This document shows, in pieces, positions 29,997 through 39,972 of a stretch of 48,861 bases of DNA (positions within the stretch are counted from its first letter, which is position 1; each line of letters starts with the position of its first letter). This stretch comes from Marine Group I thaumarchaeote (GTDB lineage Archaea > Thermoproteota > Nitrososphaeria > Nitrososphaerales > Nitrosopumilaceae). Location: the NCBI GenBank assembly GCA_044358425.1, contig CP054849.1, positions 1,263,080-1,311,940 on the forward strand, given 5' to 3'. Below the pieces are notes generated by a model. That model did not search any database. It was not told the origin of the DNA and saw only the letters and a list, made by a program, of their open reading frames with translations. The translations under genes and the position numbers were made by a program.

Positions 29997-30737
29997 ATGA
30001 CTGCAATTCCTAAATCACATCCAAGATTAAATTCTCTTTTAATTCGTGAAAAATTAGTAAATGGATTTGATAACAATTTGGTTGCTAAAGAAGGACTTTT
30101 GGCTCACGGACGAGGTGAGGCATTTGATTATCTTATAGGTGAAAAAACTTCAAAATCCGCTAAAGAAGCAATAAAAGCTGCAGCAATTATGCTCAAAAAT
30201 GCAGAAAATTCAGTCATTTCAGTTAATGGAAATTTTGCTGCCTTGTGTCCAAAAGAAATTGTTCAATTGGCAAAAAATACAGATTCAAAAATTGAAGTAA
30301 ATTTGTTTTATTCAACTGAAAAACGTAAAAAAGCAATTACTGAGATTTTGAAAAAATCAGGAGCAAAAGAAATTTTTGGATTAAGTAGGAAATCATCTGT
30401 GAAATTATCAGGAATTGATAGTGCACGAAGGATTGTTGACAAAAATGGAATATTTTCAGCAGATGTTGTTTTAGTTCCATTAGAGGATGGTGACAGAACG
30501 ATTGCATTAAAAAAAGCAAAAAAGAAAATCATCACATTTGATTTAAATCCACTTTCAAGAACTGCTCAAACAGCAGACATTACAATAGTAGATAATGTAA
30601 CACGTGCAATGAAATTACTTGTAAAAGAATCAAAGAAAAGTGTAGGAGGAAATTCCAAATACAATAATGCAAAAAATCTTAAAATATCAATTTTAGAAAT
30701 TAAAAAAAATTTAGAGAGACAAGCAAAAAATGTATAA
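29997..30737 (+). CDS. Phosphopantothenate synthetase (4-phosphopantoate--beta-alanine ligase)
   Basis: IPKSHPR, GLLAHGRGEAFDYLIGE, VPLEDGDR and DLNPLSRT. Confidence 0.95.
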   Translation: MTAIPKSHPRLNSLLIREKLVNGFDNNLVAKEGLLAHGRGEAFDYLIGEKTSKSAKEAIKAAAIMLKNAENSVISVNGNFAALCPKEIVQLAKNTDSKIEVNLFYSTEKRKKAITEILKKSGAKEIFGLSRKSSVKLSGIDSARRIVDKNGIFSADVVLVPLEDGDRTIALKKAKKKIITFDLNPLSRTAQTADITIVDNVTRAMKLLVKESKKSVGGNSKYNNAKNLKISILEIKKNLERQAKNV

Positions 30738-31545
30738 AAATATTCAAAATATTTTAGAGATGAAAGATAAAGAGAAGATTACTGTTTTAACTGGATATGA
30801 TTCAACAATGGTTGAATTATGTGATCAGGTTGATGTAATTTTAGTTGGAGATAGTGCAGGAATGGTTATGTTGGGATATGAAGATACTTCTTCAGTAACT
30901 ATGGAAGATATGATTAGATTTACAACTGCTGCAAAAAATGGAAGGAAAAATTCATTGATTGTTTCAGATTTACCAATTAATTCATATAAAACTGAGAAGG
31001 ATGCAATTAGAAATTCATTAAAATTAATTGAAGCTGGTGCAGATGCTGTAAAATTAGAAGGTGGAAAAGAAGTTGCAGAAATTATTAAATCAATAACACA
31101 AGCAAAGATTCCTGTCATGGGTCATTTAGGATTATTACCACAAACTGCTCAAAAATATACAGTTCAAGGAAAAACAAAAGAGAGTGCAATCGAATTAATT
31201 GAAGATGCAAAAATAATTACAGAATCAGGCGTATTTAGCATAGTTTTAGAGATGGTTTCCAGTCAAGTTGCAAAAATAATTACAGAAAAAATTTCTGTCC
31301 CTACAATAGGAATTGGTTCTGGAAAATTTTGTGATGGACAAGTTTTAGTTGTTCATGACATGTTAGGATTATTTGAAAAAATTAAACCTAAATTTGCAAA
31401 AAGATATCTATCTTTATCTGATGAAATAAGAAATGCCGTAAAATCATATACAACAGAAGTTAAAGAAGAAAAATTTCCATCTATTGAGCATGAATTTCAA
31501 ATGGATGAATCCGAATATACTAAACTGAGGGAATACATTGACTAA
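30730..31545 (+). CDS. panB: Ketopantoate hydroxymethyltransferase
   Basis: ILVGDSAGM, AVKLEGG, MGHLGLLPQ and IGIGSG..CDGQVLV. Confidence 0.96.
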   Translation: MYKNIQNILEMKDKEKITVLTGYDSTMVELCDQVDVILVGDSAGMVMLGYEDTSSVTMEDMIRFTTAAKNGRKNSLIVSDLPINSYKTEKDAIRNSLKLIEAGADAVKLEGGKEVAEIIKSITQAKIPVMGHLGLLPQTAQKYTVQGKTKESAIELIEDAKIITESGVFSIVLEMVSSQVAKIITEKISVPTIGIGSGKFCDGQVLVVHDMLGLFEKIKPKFAKRYLSLSDEIRNAVKSYTTEVKEEKFPSIEHEFQMDESEYTKLREYID

Positions 31546-32776
31546 AAAAGAATTAGAACATCCATCATTAGATATAGTTGAATCAAAAGGAACAGAACTT
31601 TCTGGCAAAAAAATTGTTTTGTGTGTTGCTGGAAGTGTTGCAGCTTACAAATCAATTGAATTAGCAAGATTACTAATGAGACATGGTGCTAAAGTTACAT
31701 GTGTAATGAGTGGTGCTTCAACAAAAATGATTCAACCAGATTATATGAAATGGGCTACAGGAAATGATGTAATTACAAAATTAACAGGTAAATTAGAGCA
31801 CATCAATATTGCAGATTATAAAAAATCAGATCTAATTATTGTTTATCCAGCAACTGCCAATACATTAGGAAAACTTGCAAATGGAATTGATGATACACCA
31901 ATTTCAACAGTACTAACAGTAGGATTTGGATCTAAAACACCAATCCTAATGGCTTTAGCAATGCATGCATCAATGTATGAAAATGCTGCAGTAAAAAAAA
32001 ATATTTCATTTCTAAAAAATAAAATAGATTTCATTTCACCAAACATGATTGAAGGAAAGGCAAAAGCATCAGAACCAGAGGAAGTTCTTGATTATGTTTT
32101 AAAGAAATTTGGGTTATCATCAAAATTACACGGCAAAAAAATCTTGATAACTGCTGGACCAACAATTGAACATATTGATCCTATAAGGGCAATAACAAAC
32201 CAAAGCTCAGGTAAAACAGGAGTAAGTTTAGCAAAGGAATTAGTGTCTTCAGGTGCAAAAGTTACATTTGTTTATGGACCAGGAAATGAAAAACCACCAA
32301 AAGGTGCTAAAATTATCAGTGTTGTAACAAGTAAAGAAATGCACAATGCAGTAAAAAAAGAATTGAAAAATAAATTTGATATTGTCATCATGGCGGCTGC
32401 AATATCAGATTATGTTCCAAAAAATGCAAGTAAAAAGAAAATTAAAAGTTCAAATACAAACCTCACAATTAATCTCAAAAAAGCACCTAAAATTATTGAT
32501 GATATTAAAAAAATACAAAAAAATGTTCTACTTGTTGGTTTTAAAGCTGAAACAAATGTTACAAATATTCAATTAATTAAATCAGCAAAAAGAAAATTAA
32601 AAGAATCATCATCTGATTTAATCATAGCTAATGATATCGGAACAAAACGATACAAAAAAAATTCTCAAAATAATCAAATTATAGTCGTGGATTCAAAAAG
32701 AAGCATTGTATCAGGTTGGATGAAAAAAGAAAAAATTGCAAAAATTATAAAAAAACAAATTGAATTAAAATTATAA
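31538..32776 (+). CDS. coaBC: Bifunctional phosphopantothenoylcysteine decarboxylase/synthetase
   Basis: GSVAAYK, PATANTLGKLANGIDD, TAGPTIEHIDPIR and VGFKAET. Confidence 0.96.
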   Translation: MTKKELEHPSLDIVESKGTELSGKKIVLCVAGSVAAYKSIELARLLMRHGAKVTCVMSGASTKMIQPDYMKWATGNDVITKLTGKLEHINIADYKKSDLIIVYPATANTLGKLANGIDDTPISTVLTVGFGSKTPILMALAMHASMYENAAVKKNISFLKNKIDFISPNMIEGKAKASEPEEVLDYVLKKFGLSSKLHGKKILITAGPTIEHIDPIRAITNQSSGKTGVSLAKELVSSGAKVTFVYGPGNEKPPKGAKIISVVTSKEMHNAVKKELKNKFDIVIMAAAISDYVPKNASKKKIKSSNTNLTINLKKAPKIIDDIKKIQKNVLLVGFKAETNVTNIQLIKSAKRKLKESSSDLIIANDIGTKRYKKNSQNNQIIVVDSKRSIVSGWMKKEKIAKIIKKQIELKL

Positions 32777-33621
32777 TGAAAATAATTCATTCAAAATATA
32801 AGCAAAGAAATATGAAAATTTGGAACGAGGTTGCTCCAAGATATCATAAGAGATGGGCAAGTGTGAATAAAGGTCCATTTCAAAGTACAAAAAAATTAAT
32901 TGATATTGTAAAAATTGATAAAAAAAATTTGGTATTAGATGTTGCATGTGGAACAGGAGTAGTAACAAAACAAATACAAAAAAAAGTTGGTAAGTATGGA
33001 TATGTAGTAGGAATTGACACGTCAACTACTGCAATTAAAATTGCAAAAAAATGGAATGAAAATAATAATAATTTAGATTTCATCAATACTGATGCAGAAA
33101 ATTTTGCTTTTTCAAAAAAATTTGATATTATTACTTGTCAATATGCACTGTTTTTTTTCCCTAATGCTCAAAAAGCCTTAAAAAATATGAAAAATAGTCT
33201 CAAAAAATCTGGGAAAATAGGAATTTCAGTTCATGGAAGTAAAGATAATGTACCATTTTTTAGTAGTATTTTAGATTCTGCTGTAAAATACATTCCAGAT
33301 TATGTTCCACCAGGAACACCAAATTTAGACCGATTTGGAAATAAAACTGCATTAAAATCAATTGTTAAGAAAGCTGGATTTTCAAATATTGTTGTGAAAG
33401 AATTTATTTTTAATTACAATCCAGGAAAATTTGAAGATTACTGGAAGAATTACATAAAATACATTGCAAAACCACTAAAAGAAAAACTAAATGCTTTAGA
33501 ATATTCTAAACGCAAAGAATTTAGAAATTCTGTAAAAGAGAAAACATTGCAATATACAAAAAAGAATGGTGAAATCATTTTTCCTTGGCAAGTTTTAATT
33601 TTAACTGCTAAAAATAATTAA
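32776..33621 (+). CDS. Class I SAM-dependent methyltransferase (UbiE-like)
   Basis: Motif I VLDVACGTG, DAENF and FDIITC. Confidence 0.88.
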   Translation: MKIIHSKYKQRNMKIWNEVAPRYHKRWASVNKGPFQSTKKLIDIVKIDKKNLVLDVACGTGVVTKQIQKKVGKYGYVVGIDTSTTAIKIAKKWNENNNNLDFINTDAENFAFSKKFDIITCQYALFFFPNAQKALKNMKNSLKKSGKIGISVHGSKDNVPFFSSILDSAVKYIPDYVPPGTPNLDRFGNKTALKSIVKKAGFSNIVVKEFIFNYNPGKFEDYWKNYIKYIAKPLKEKLNALEYSKRKEFRNSVKEKTLQYTKKNGEIIFPWQVLILTAKNN

Positions 33622-33706
33622 GACTGTTAGAAATCTCTCTAGTTCATTTATTGAATGTACCAATTTACTATTATTCTAATTAATGTAATTTACTTTAACC
33701 GATCAT

Positions 33707-33758
33707 AGTGATGAGAAGAACAGGAGTCATTTCAATACCTTTACCTCTTCTCGTTACT
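33707..33758 (+). ncRNA. Candidate structured RNA hairpin
   Basis: AGTGATGAGAAGA (33707-33719) pairs with TCTTCTCGTTACT (33746-33758): 13 bp including 2 G-U pairs. Confidence 0.3.
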
Positions 33759-33766
33759 TCCCTATT

Positions 33767-33958
33767 TTAATTAGAATTTATAAAAACTCTAGAATTAGAT
33801 ATCGTTATCATTTCTACTGCTTTAATTGACATATTTTCTTTTTTAGAAATATCTATAATTTCTTTAGTGTGTTTATCCTGAAGATGTTTTAGAAATTCAC
33901 TTTCTTCAATGTTATTTTGTTTAAAATTGCATGTAGTAAAAATACAGTTAAAATTCAA
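33767..33958 (-). CDS. Small C2H2-type metal-binding protein
   Basis: CIFTTC...HLQDKH (C-x4-C...H-x4-H). Confidence 0.7.
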   Translation of the reverse strand: MNFNCIFTTCNFKQNNIEESEFLKHLQDKHTKEIIDISKKENMSIKAVEMITISNSRVFINSN

Positions 33959-34086
33959 TAATACTAATAATTTTTTTCTAGTAAAAAAAGTCTACATAAA
34001 ATTAAGTTTTGAAAAACAGGTAATTTCTTAAATCTAGGCACAAAAATTAGCGAATTTCCTAAATAAGCGTAAAAAATTACAAAAAT

Positions 34087-34263
34087 ATGACAAAAACAAT
34101 TAGTTGTAAAGATGCTGGAAAAGATTGTAATTGGTCAGCATCAGCAGAAAGTGTAGAAGAATTAATGTCTCAAGTAACAGAACATGTCTTAGCAGAACAT
34201 AAAGAAATTGAATTAAATTCGGATAGCATTACAAGTATCAAATCATTAATCAAAGATAATTGA
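34087..34263 (+). CDS. DUF1059-like small metal-binding protein (absent from the ORF track)
   Basis: MTKTISCKDAGKDCNWSASAESVEELMSQVTEHVLAEHKEIELNSDSITSIKSLIKDN* (58 aa), matching the CxDxGxxC...EEL...HxxxxH pattern. Confidence 0.85.
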   Translation: MTKTISCKDAGKDCNWSASAESVEELMSQVTEHVLAEHKEIELNSDSITSIKSLIKDN

Positions 34264-34343
34264 TTCATTATATTGATAAAAAATTGCTTAAATCAGTTTA
34301 GTTAATAATAACTTTAGATTTATGATATTTTGCGGGGATTAAG

Positions 34344-34829
34344 ATGGGTAAAAAAGATAAAAAAGAAGAACAAAAGCCAAAAAAGAATAATCTTAAAGCT
34401 TTTCTTAAAAAAAGGGCTCCACTATATCTTGCAGGAATTGCGTTAATTGTTATTAGTGCAAATGGTGTTTTATCAGAAAAACATCTGGATAATTTTTTAA
34501 TTGATCTTTCAGAGGAGGAGCAAATTGTAGTAGATATTTTAATGCAATATAATGGTCCTAATGAATCAGGATTAAATGTAAAAGATGCAATTGAAAATAA
34601 AATAAATGAAGAATATCCTAATATGAAAATATTTGATGATAGAAATACTAGAATACATGTAGTCGTAACAAATATCAGTTCAGAAGAATATCAAGTAATA
34701 TTAAATTTTAAATCGGATAAAGGTAATGATATTAATTATGATTGGAATGTAAATATAGATTCTAAAGAAATTAAATCAAATAACCCTGAATCAAAATATA
34801 TCATAAACTTAGTAGATTTTTACGATTAG
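34344..34829 (+). CDS. Membrane-anchored hypothetical protein
   Basis: Basic N-terminus, a TM helix after KKRAPLYL, then an acidic domain. Confidence 0.75.
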   Translation: MGKKDKKEEQKPKKNNLKAFLKKRAPLYLAGIALIVISANGVLSEKHLDNFLIDLSEEEQIVVDILMQYNGPNESGLNVKDAIENKINEEYPNMKIFDDRNTRIHVVVTNISSEEYQVILNFKSDKGNDINYDWNVNIDSKEIKSNNPESKYIINLVDFYD

Positions 34830-35890
34830 ATTGTTAGTAGATCTTTTGTAAATTTATGCATTACAATTGGTTTACTCTTTACAATAAGAGAATCCTCTAT
34901 TCGAATTCCAAATTTATTTTCAATATATATTCCAGGTTCTACTGTAATTGCCATATTTTCTTTTAATTTAGTATTACTTCGATAAGAAACAGTTGGAAAC
35001 TCATGTACTTCTAATCCAATTCCATGTCCAGTTGAGTGAATAAAATATTTACCATAATTTTTTTCTTCAATGTATTTTCTACATGCATCATCAACATCTT
35101 TACAATCAACATTTGGTTTTACAGATTTGAGACCAAGTTTTTGTGATTCTTTAACAATTTCATATGCCTCATTTGCTTGTGAAGAAATTTTTCCTAATGC
35201 AAAAGTTCTAGTTGCATCTGAAACATAACCTTTGTATCTTAATGTTAGATCTGTAACAACAAGATCACCTTTTTTGAATTTACGTTGACTTACCTGTGCA
35301 TGTGGTAATGCCCCATTTGGACCTCCAGCAATAATTAACGGATTAAGAGTTGATTTGTAACCAGTATCAAACATTTCCTGCTCCATAGCATATGTCATCA
35401 AAATTGTCTGTAATTCTGATTCTTTTTGTCCAACTTTCATTTTTTTAGAACAAATTTCAAACATTTCATCAATAATTTTAGATGCTCTTTTTAAGATCTT
35501 AATTTCTTTTTCATCTTTTATTATTCGAGCATTGTAAAATGGTTCTGTAGAAGATGTAATATTTGAAATCGATTTTTTTAAGCTAATCATTGTAGAATAG
35601 TCCTTACAATCAGTACAAACATGATTTTTCTTTATTTTGTCTATAAGAGTTGAAATCAATCCAGATCCGCGTTCGGCAGTAATCACATCACAATCTTCAG
35701 ACTCATCTTTAGCCCTACCAACTTCAAGTTCTGGAGCAATAATGGTTGTTCTTCCATTTTTTTCTAATAATCCTATAGCTTCCCCCCAAAAACCAGTCAT
35801 ATAGAAGAGATTTTCAGGCTCAAATGTTACCAAAGTATCACAATCTATCTTTTTAGCATATTTTAGAAGATTTTTTCTTCTTTGTTTCAT
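34826..35890 (-). CDS. Xaa-Pro aminopeptidase (M24B)
   Basis: NGALPH, DLTLRYKGYVSDATRT, HSTGHGIGLEVHE, TVEPGIY and GIRIED. Confidence 0.95.
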   Translation of the reverse strand: MKQRRKNLLKYAKKIDCDTLVTFEPENLFYMTGFWGEAIGLLEKNGRTTIIAPELEVGRAKDESEDCDVITAERGSGLISTLIDKIKKNHVCTDCKDYSTMISLKKSISNITSSTEPFYNARIIKDEKEIKILKRASKIIDEMFEICSKKMKVGQKESELQTILMTYAMEQEMFDTGYKSTLNPLIIAGGPNGALPHAQVSQRKFKKGDLVVTDLTLRYKGYVSDATRTFALGKISSQANEAYEIVKESQKLGLKSVKPNVDCKDVDDACRKYIEEKNYGKYFIHSTGHGIGLEVHEFPTVSYRSNTKLKENMAITVEPGIYIENKFGIRIEDSLIVKSKPIVMHKFTKDLLTI

Positions 35891-35962
35891 AACAGAATAT
35901 TATATTTTCTCAATTTATGTATGATGCAAAGTTTGTATAAGGAAATTTGAAAATTTATTATC

Positions 35963-36973
35963 GTGACTGAAGAAAAGAAAAAGAAAGTTGTTGCATTACT
36001 TTCTGGTGGTTTAGACAGTCAACTTGCAATTAAGATGATGCAAGAACAAGGTTTTGATGTTTCTGCAGTTGCAATAAAAACTCCGTTTTGTGATTTTGAT
36101 TGTGGAAGAGGATGTGGGTTTGAAATTAGAGAAAGAGCCGATGATCTTGATGTAAATCTAAAAACTGTTTATCTAGGTGATGAGTATATTGAGATGTTAA
36201 AAAAACCAAAACATGGAATTGGTGCAGGATTTAATCCATGTATTGATTGTAGATCTATGATGTTTGATGCTGCAAAAAAACACATGGAAGATATTGGTGC
36301 AGAATTTATTATTTCTGGTGAAGTATTAGGACAAAGACCAATGAGTCAACATGCACCAGCATTACGTACAATTGAAAAAGAATCAAACTTGGTTGGAAAG
36401 ATAGTAAGACCACTATCTGCTGCATTATTACCAGAAACAATTCCTGAAAAAGATGGTTTGATCAAAAGAGAAAATCTTGGAATGATTGAAGGAAGAACAA
36501 GAAGAAATCAATTAGATATGGCAGAAAAATATGGGATTGAAGATCCACCAAATGCTGGAGGTGGATGTTTGTTAACAGAACCACAATTTGGAATTAAAGC
36601 TAAAGATTTGTTTGAACATACAAAAAATCCAACAATAAATGATATTGATTTATTAAAAATTGGAAGACATTTCAGATTAGATGAAGAAACAAAATTTGTT
36701 GTTGGAAGAAATGAAGATGAAAATGAAATGATAAAAGCAATTGCATTACCAGATGACATATTACTGGAAGCTAAAGATTTTGTTGGGCCTGTTTCAATTT
36801 TACGCGGAGTAAATTCAAAAAAACATCTTGAATTTGCATCATCAGTGACATTGAGATATTCAGATGCACCAAGTGGTAAAACAGCAATTGTTTCAATCAA
36901 ACAAAACGATTCAGTTGAAGAAATAATTTCAGAAACAGCAAAAGAGGAATCATACATTCGATTTAGAATGTAG
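35963..36973 (+). CDS. ThiI/MnmA-like PP-loop tRNA sulfurtransferase with C-terminal DUF814/NFACT-R-like domain
   Basis: SGGLDS, NPCIDCR, GEVLGQRPMSQ, GGGCLLT and GRHFRL..VGRNEDEN. Confidence 0.8.
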   Translation: MTEEKKKKVVALLSGGLDSQLAIKMMQEQGFDVSAVAIKTPFCDFDCGRGCGFEIRERADDLDVNLKTVYLGDEYIEMLKKPKHGIGAGFNPCIDCRSMMFDAAKKHMEDIGAEFIISGEVLGQRPMSQHAPALRTIEKESNLVGKIVRPLSAALLPETIPEKDGLIKRENLGMIEGRTRRNQLDMAEKYGIEDPPNAGGGCLLTEPQFGIKAKDLFEHTKNPTINDIDLLKIGRHFRLDEETKFVVGRNEDENEMIKAIALPDDILLEAKDFVGPVSILRGVNSKKHLEFASSVTLRYSDAPSGKTAIVSIKQNDSVEEIISETAKEESYIRFRM

Positions 36974-37046
36974 GCGTGAAAAATTTAAAAAATTAGTTAA
37001 AACTAAGGAAGAGTTTTTGAGGGAGTAGATCTCATTTTTAATTATA

Positions 37047-37325
37047 ATGCAGAAGCAAGAAAACCCTACATATCTCAAAGCAATCACAATTAGAGACAGT
37101 AGTGATGTACATTCGATTAAAGAGGATATCAAAAAAGGAATAATTTTGATACTTAGAGTCACACCGTTGGCACAAAAAGATGTGGATCAATTACGAAAAG
37201 TCGTGGAAGAATTGTATTCGATTGCTAAAACAGCTGATGCAGATATTGCAAGATTAGGTGAAGAAAGAATTATTGTTACTCCATCTAGTATAAAGATCTG
37301 GAAACCAGAATACGATTTAAAATAA
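37047..37325 (+). CDS. sepF: SepF-family cell division protein
   Basis: IKEDIKKGIILIL...ADIARLGEERIIVTPSSIKI, the archaeal SepF C-terminal pattern. Confidence 0.8.
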   Translation: MQKQENPTYLKAITIRDSSDVHSIKEDIKKGIILILRVTPLAQKDVDQLRKVVEELYSIAKTADADIARLGEERIIVTPSSIKIWKPEYDLK

Positions 37326-39257
37326 TTTTATAGCTTCTTGTACTTGAGGGTAATGAGCAGGAAGTTTGAATGTTCGTCTAATATTCATTGCAAGATTTTC
37401 TGATTTTGAACGTTCACCGTGATTAACTAGAACACGGCGAAGTTTAGGTCTCAGTCTTTGTACAAATGACATTAATTGATTGTAATCACTATGTCCACTG
37501 AATCCATCTAATTTTTCAACACCACAATTTACAGAAACAACTTCAACTTTACCCTCTTTTCCTAACATAGATACTTGTTTGGAACCATCAAGAACACGTC
37601 TTCCCAAAGTTCCATTTACCTGGTAAGAAACAAACACAACTTTATTTTTTGGATCAGGTGCAATATTTTTAAAATATTCTAAAACAGGTCCACCTTCCAG
37701 CATTCCAGATGTAGCTAAAATAATACATGGAGAGTTTTCTCGCATTGGTTCCTCTCTTGCGTCAGCATGTTCAATATTTGTAAAATATTCAGAATCAAAT
37801 GGATTATCATCAGTTTCTAAAATTTTCTGCTTTAATTCTCGTGCAAGGTATTCAGGATAAGATTCATGAATTGCTGATGCTTCAGAAATCATACCTTCAG
37901 TAAAAACTGGAGCCTCAACCATTTCACCTGATTTCATATAATGATCAATTACCATCATAATTTCTTGTGCACGACCAACTGCAGGAATTGGAATCAAAAC
38001 TTTACCTCCATCTGCCAAAGTATTGTTTACTGCGTTGATAAAGGAAGATTCCACTTGTTGTCTTGTAGGTTGTATATCTTCTCTGAGACCATATGTACTT
38101 TCAATTAGTAATGTCTCTACTCTAGGAAAATTCCAACTTGCAGCTTCAAACAAAATACTTTTTCCAAATTTAATATCTCCAGAATACACAAAATTATGAT
38201 CACCATTTCCAATATGGAAATGACATAATGCAGAACCAAGAATATGCCCTGCGTTAGCAAGAACTAATTTTATGTCAGGTGAAATATCAGTTACAGTTCC
38301 ATATGGTAAGGTAATTGTTTGTCGCATTACTTGTTTAACATCTCTTTCAGCGTACATTGGAGTTCTACCTTGTGCTGCTGCAACTTTAATTGCGTCTAAT
38401 TGGATCAAATTCATCATAGGTAATGTTGGTTCACTACAGTAAATTGGACCTTTGTAGCCATATTTGCATAATGCCGGTAAAAATCCTGTATGATCTAAAT
38501 GAGCATGTCCAATTACTACAGCATCAAGTTCATCTAATGTAATATCTAATGAATCAAGTCGTGGGTATGAATCCATTGGAGAACGAGCGCCAGGATTAAT
38601 TCCACAATCAACTAAAATTTTACTTTCTGGTGTAGATAACAACATTGAGGATCTACCTACTTGACCAAAACCACCAAGAGTGTGAAGAGATACCTCAGTT
38701 CTTTGTGATAAACGAGGTCTAAAAATATCATCACCAACTTGTTTCATTTGTTTACTTCTTTCAGTAGAAGCCTGTTTTAGAGTCGAATTGATTGTTTGAA
38801 TAGTTCTAGATGGAATTGTAGTAGCTTTTCTAATTCTTAATCTCCATCCAATTTTTTCTGTTAAATCTGCATGATTGAATTCTTTAGCATTTCTTTGTAA
38901 CAACCAAGGTCTTTTTGCTTCAATTGATACTTCACCAGTTGAAGTATCAAAAAGAGTAGCTTGTAAGTTAGCTTCTTCTGGTACATGTTCAGCAATAATT
39001 TTTCTACATTCATCCTCTGGTTTTCTTATAGATTCATCAGTTCGAATAACAATTCGTTTTTTGATAATATTAACAAGTTTTGAAATTGTTTCATTATTTT
39101 CTAAAAGATATCTAGGTGAATTTGTATAAAGTGCAATTCTCGGTCCTTCATATTCTATCTTTGTAATACTAGCTTCCTTTGGCATACTTTGCAGTATGGT
39201 TGCCATTATATTCTGGCTGCTAGGAGGTAATTCTTTTGGAGGTTGTTTTTTTTGCAT
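37317..39257 (-). CDS. Beta-CASP ribonuclease aCPSF1 (FttA, transcription termination factor)
   Basis: N-terminal KH domains (EYEGPRIALY), HAHLDH, AGHILGS, GFSGHSD and NHGE; ATG 39257 preferred. Confidence 0.96.
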   Translation of the reverse strand: MQKKQPPKELPPSSQNIMATILQSMPKEASITKIEYEGPRIALYTNSPRYLLENNETISKLVNIIKKRIVIRTDESIRKPEDECRKIIAEHVPEEANLQATLFDTSTGEVSIEAKRPWLLQRNAKEFNHADLTEKIGWRLRIRKATTIPSRTIQTINSTLKQASTERSKQMKQVGDDIFRPRLSQRTEVSLHTLGGFGQVGRSSMLLSTPESKILVDCGINPGARSPMDSYPRLDSLDITLDELDAVVIGHAHLDHTGFLPALCKYGYKGPIYCSEPTLPMMNLIQLDAIKVAAAQGRTPMYAERDVKQVMRQTITLPYGTVTDISPDIKLVLANAGHILGSALCHFHIGNGDHNFVYSGDIKFGKSILFEAASWNFPRVETLLIESTYGLREDIQPTRQQVESSFINAVNNTLADGGKVLIPIPAVGRAQEIMMVIDHYMKSGEMVEAPVFTEGMISEASAIHESYPEYLARELKQKILETDDNPFDSEYFTNIEHADAREEPMRENSPCIILATSGMLEGGPVLEYFKNIAPDPKNKVVFVSYQVNGTLGRRVLDGSKQVSMLGKEGKVEVVSVNCGVEKLDGFSGHSDYNQLMSFVQRLRPKLRRVLVNHGERSKSENLAMNIRRTFKLPAHYPQVQEAIKLF

Positions 39258-39264
39258 TAAATCA

Positions 39265-39897
39265 CTAAAGTTCGATAACTGCTTTCTTTTGTTCACCGGT
39301 CAATAGACGGAATCCATCTTTGTCCATTACTGCGATGTTTATTCCATCACCAGTACCAATGTTTCTAACGATTGCAGCTTTAACAGCTCTTAAAGCTATT
39401 TTTTTTGCCTCTTCAACTGTGAGGTCATTTCTATATTCTTCTTCCAATAAACCATAAGCCACTGGAGATCCACTTCCAGTTGTAACATAAGATTTCTCTT
39501 CAACAGAGCCAAACATATCGACATTAAACAATGCAGGACCACTTGCATCATACCCACCTAATAAAATATCAGCCATGAAAGGATATCCTCTATTTTGATG
39601 AAAAATTAATGAACATAGTCTTGCTAGAGAGTGGATAGATATTGAATTTTGTTTATCTACTCTGTGTAAATTAGAATGATATCGTAAAACATCTACAATG
39701 TTTTGTGCATCTGCAACACCGCCTGCTAGAGTTAAACCTGCATGAAGGTCAATTTGTTGAATTTTCATTGTGTTGTTATTTGCAATAAAATATCCAGCAC
39801 TGGCCCTCATATCTGCGCACAAAACAACACCATCTTTTGCCTTGATACCTACAGTGGTAGTCCCATGCAAAATTTTTTCTTCAATATTCGTAGACAA
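39265..39897 (-). CDS. psmB: Proteasome beta subunit
   Basis: Propeptide ending HG|TTTVG (catalytic Thr1), GGVADAQ and TGSGS. Confidence 0.96.
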   Translation of the reverse strand: MSTNIEEKILHGTTTVGIKAKDGVVLCADMRASAGYFIANNNTMKIQQIDLHAGLTLAGGVADAQNIVDVLRYHSNLHRVDKQNSISIHSLARLCSLIFHQNRGYPFMADILLGGYDASGPALFNVDMFGSVEEKSYVTTGSGSPVAYGLLEEEYRNDLTVEEAKKIALRAVKAAIVRNIGTGDGINIAVMDKDGFRLLTGEQKKAVIEL

Positions 39898-39972
39898 AAT
39901 ACACCTTTTAAGATAAAGTAAATGTCATGTCACCCTTTTAAATAACTTTTTGATCCTTTGAAATGATAAATA

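Noticed and set aside
33708-33714. Box C/D guide sRNA
   Set aside because: Box C (GTGATGA) is present but no box D (CTGA) lies at a suitable distance; kept only as a generic hairpin candidate.
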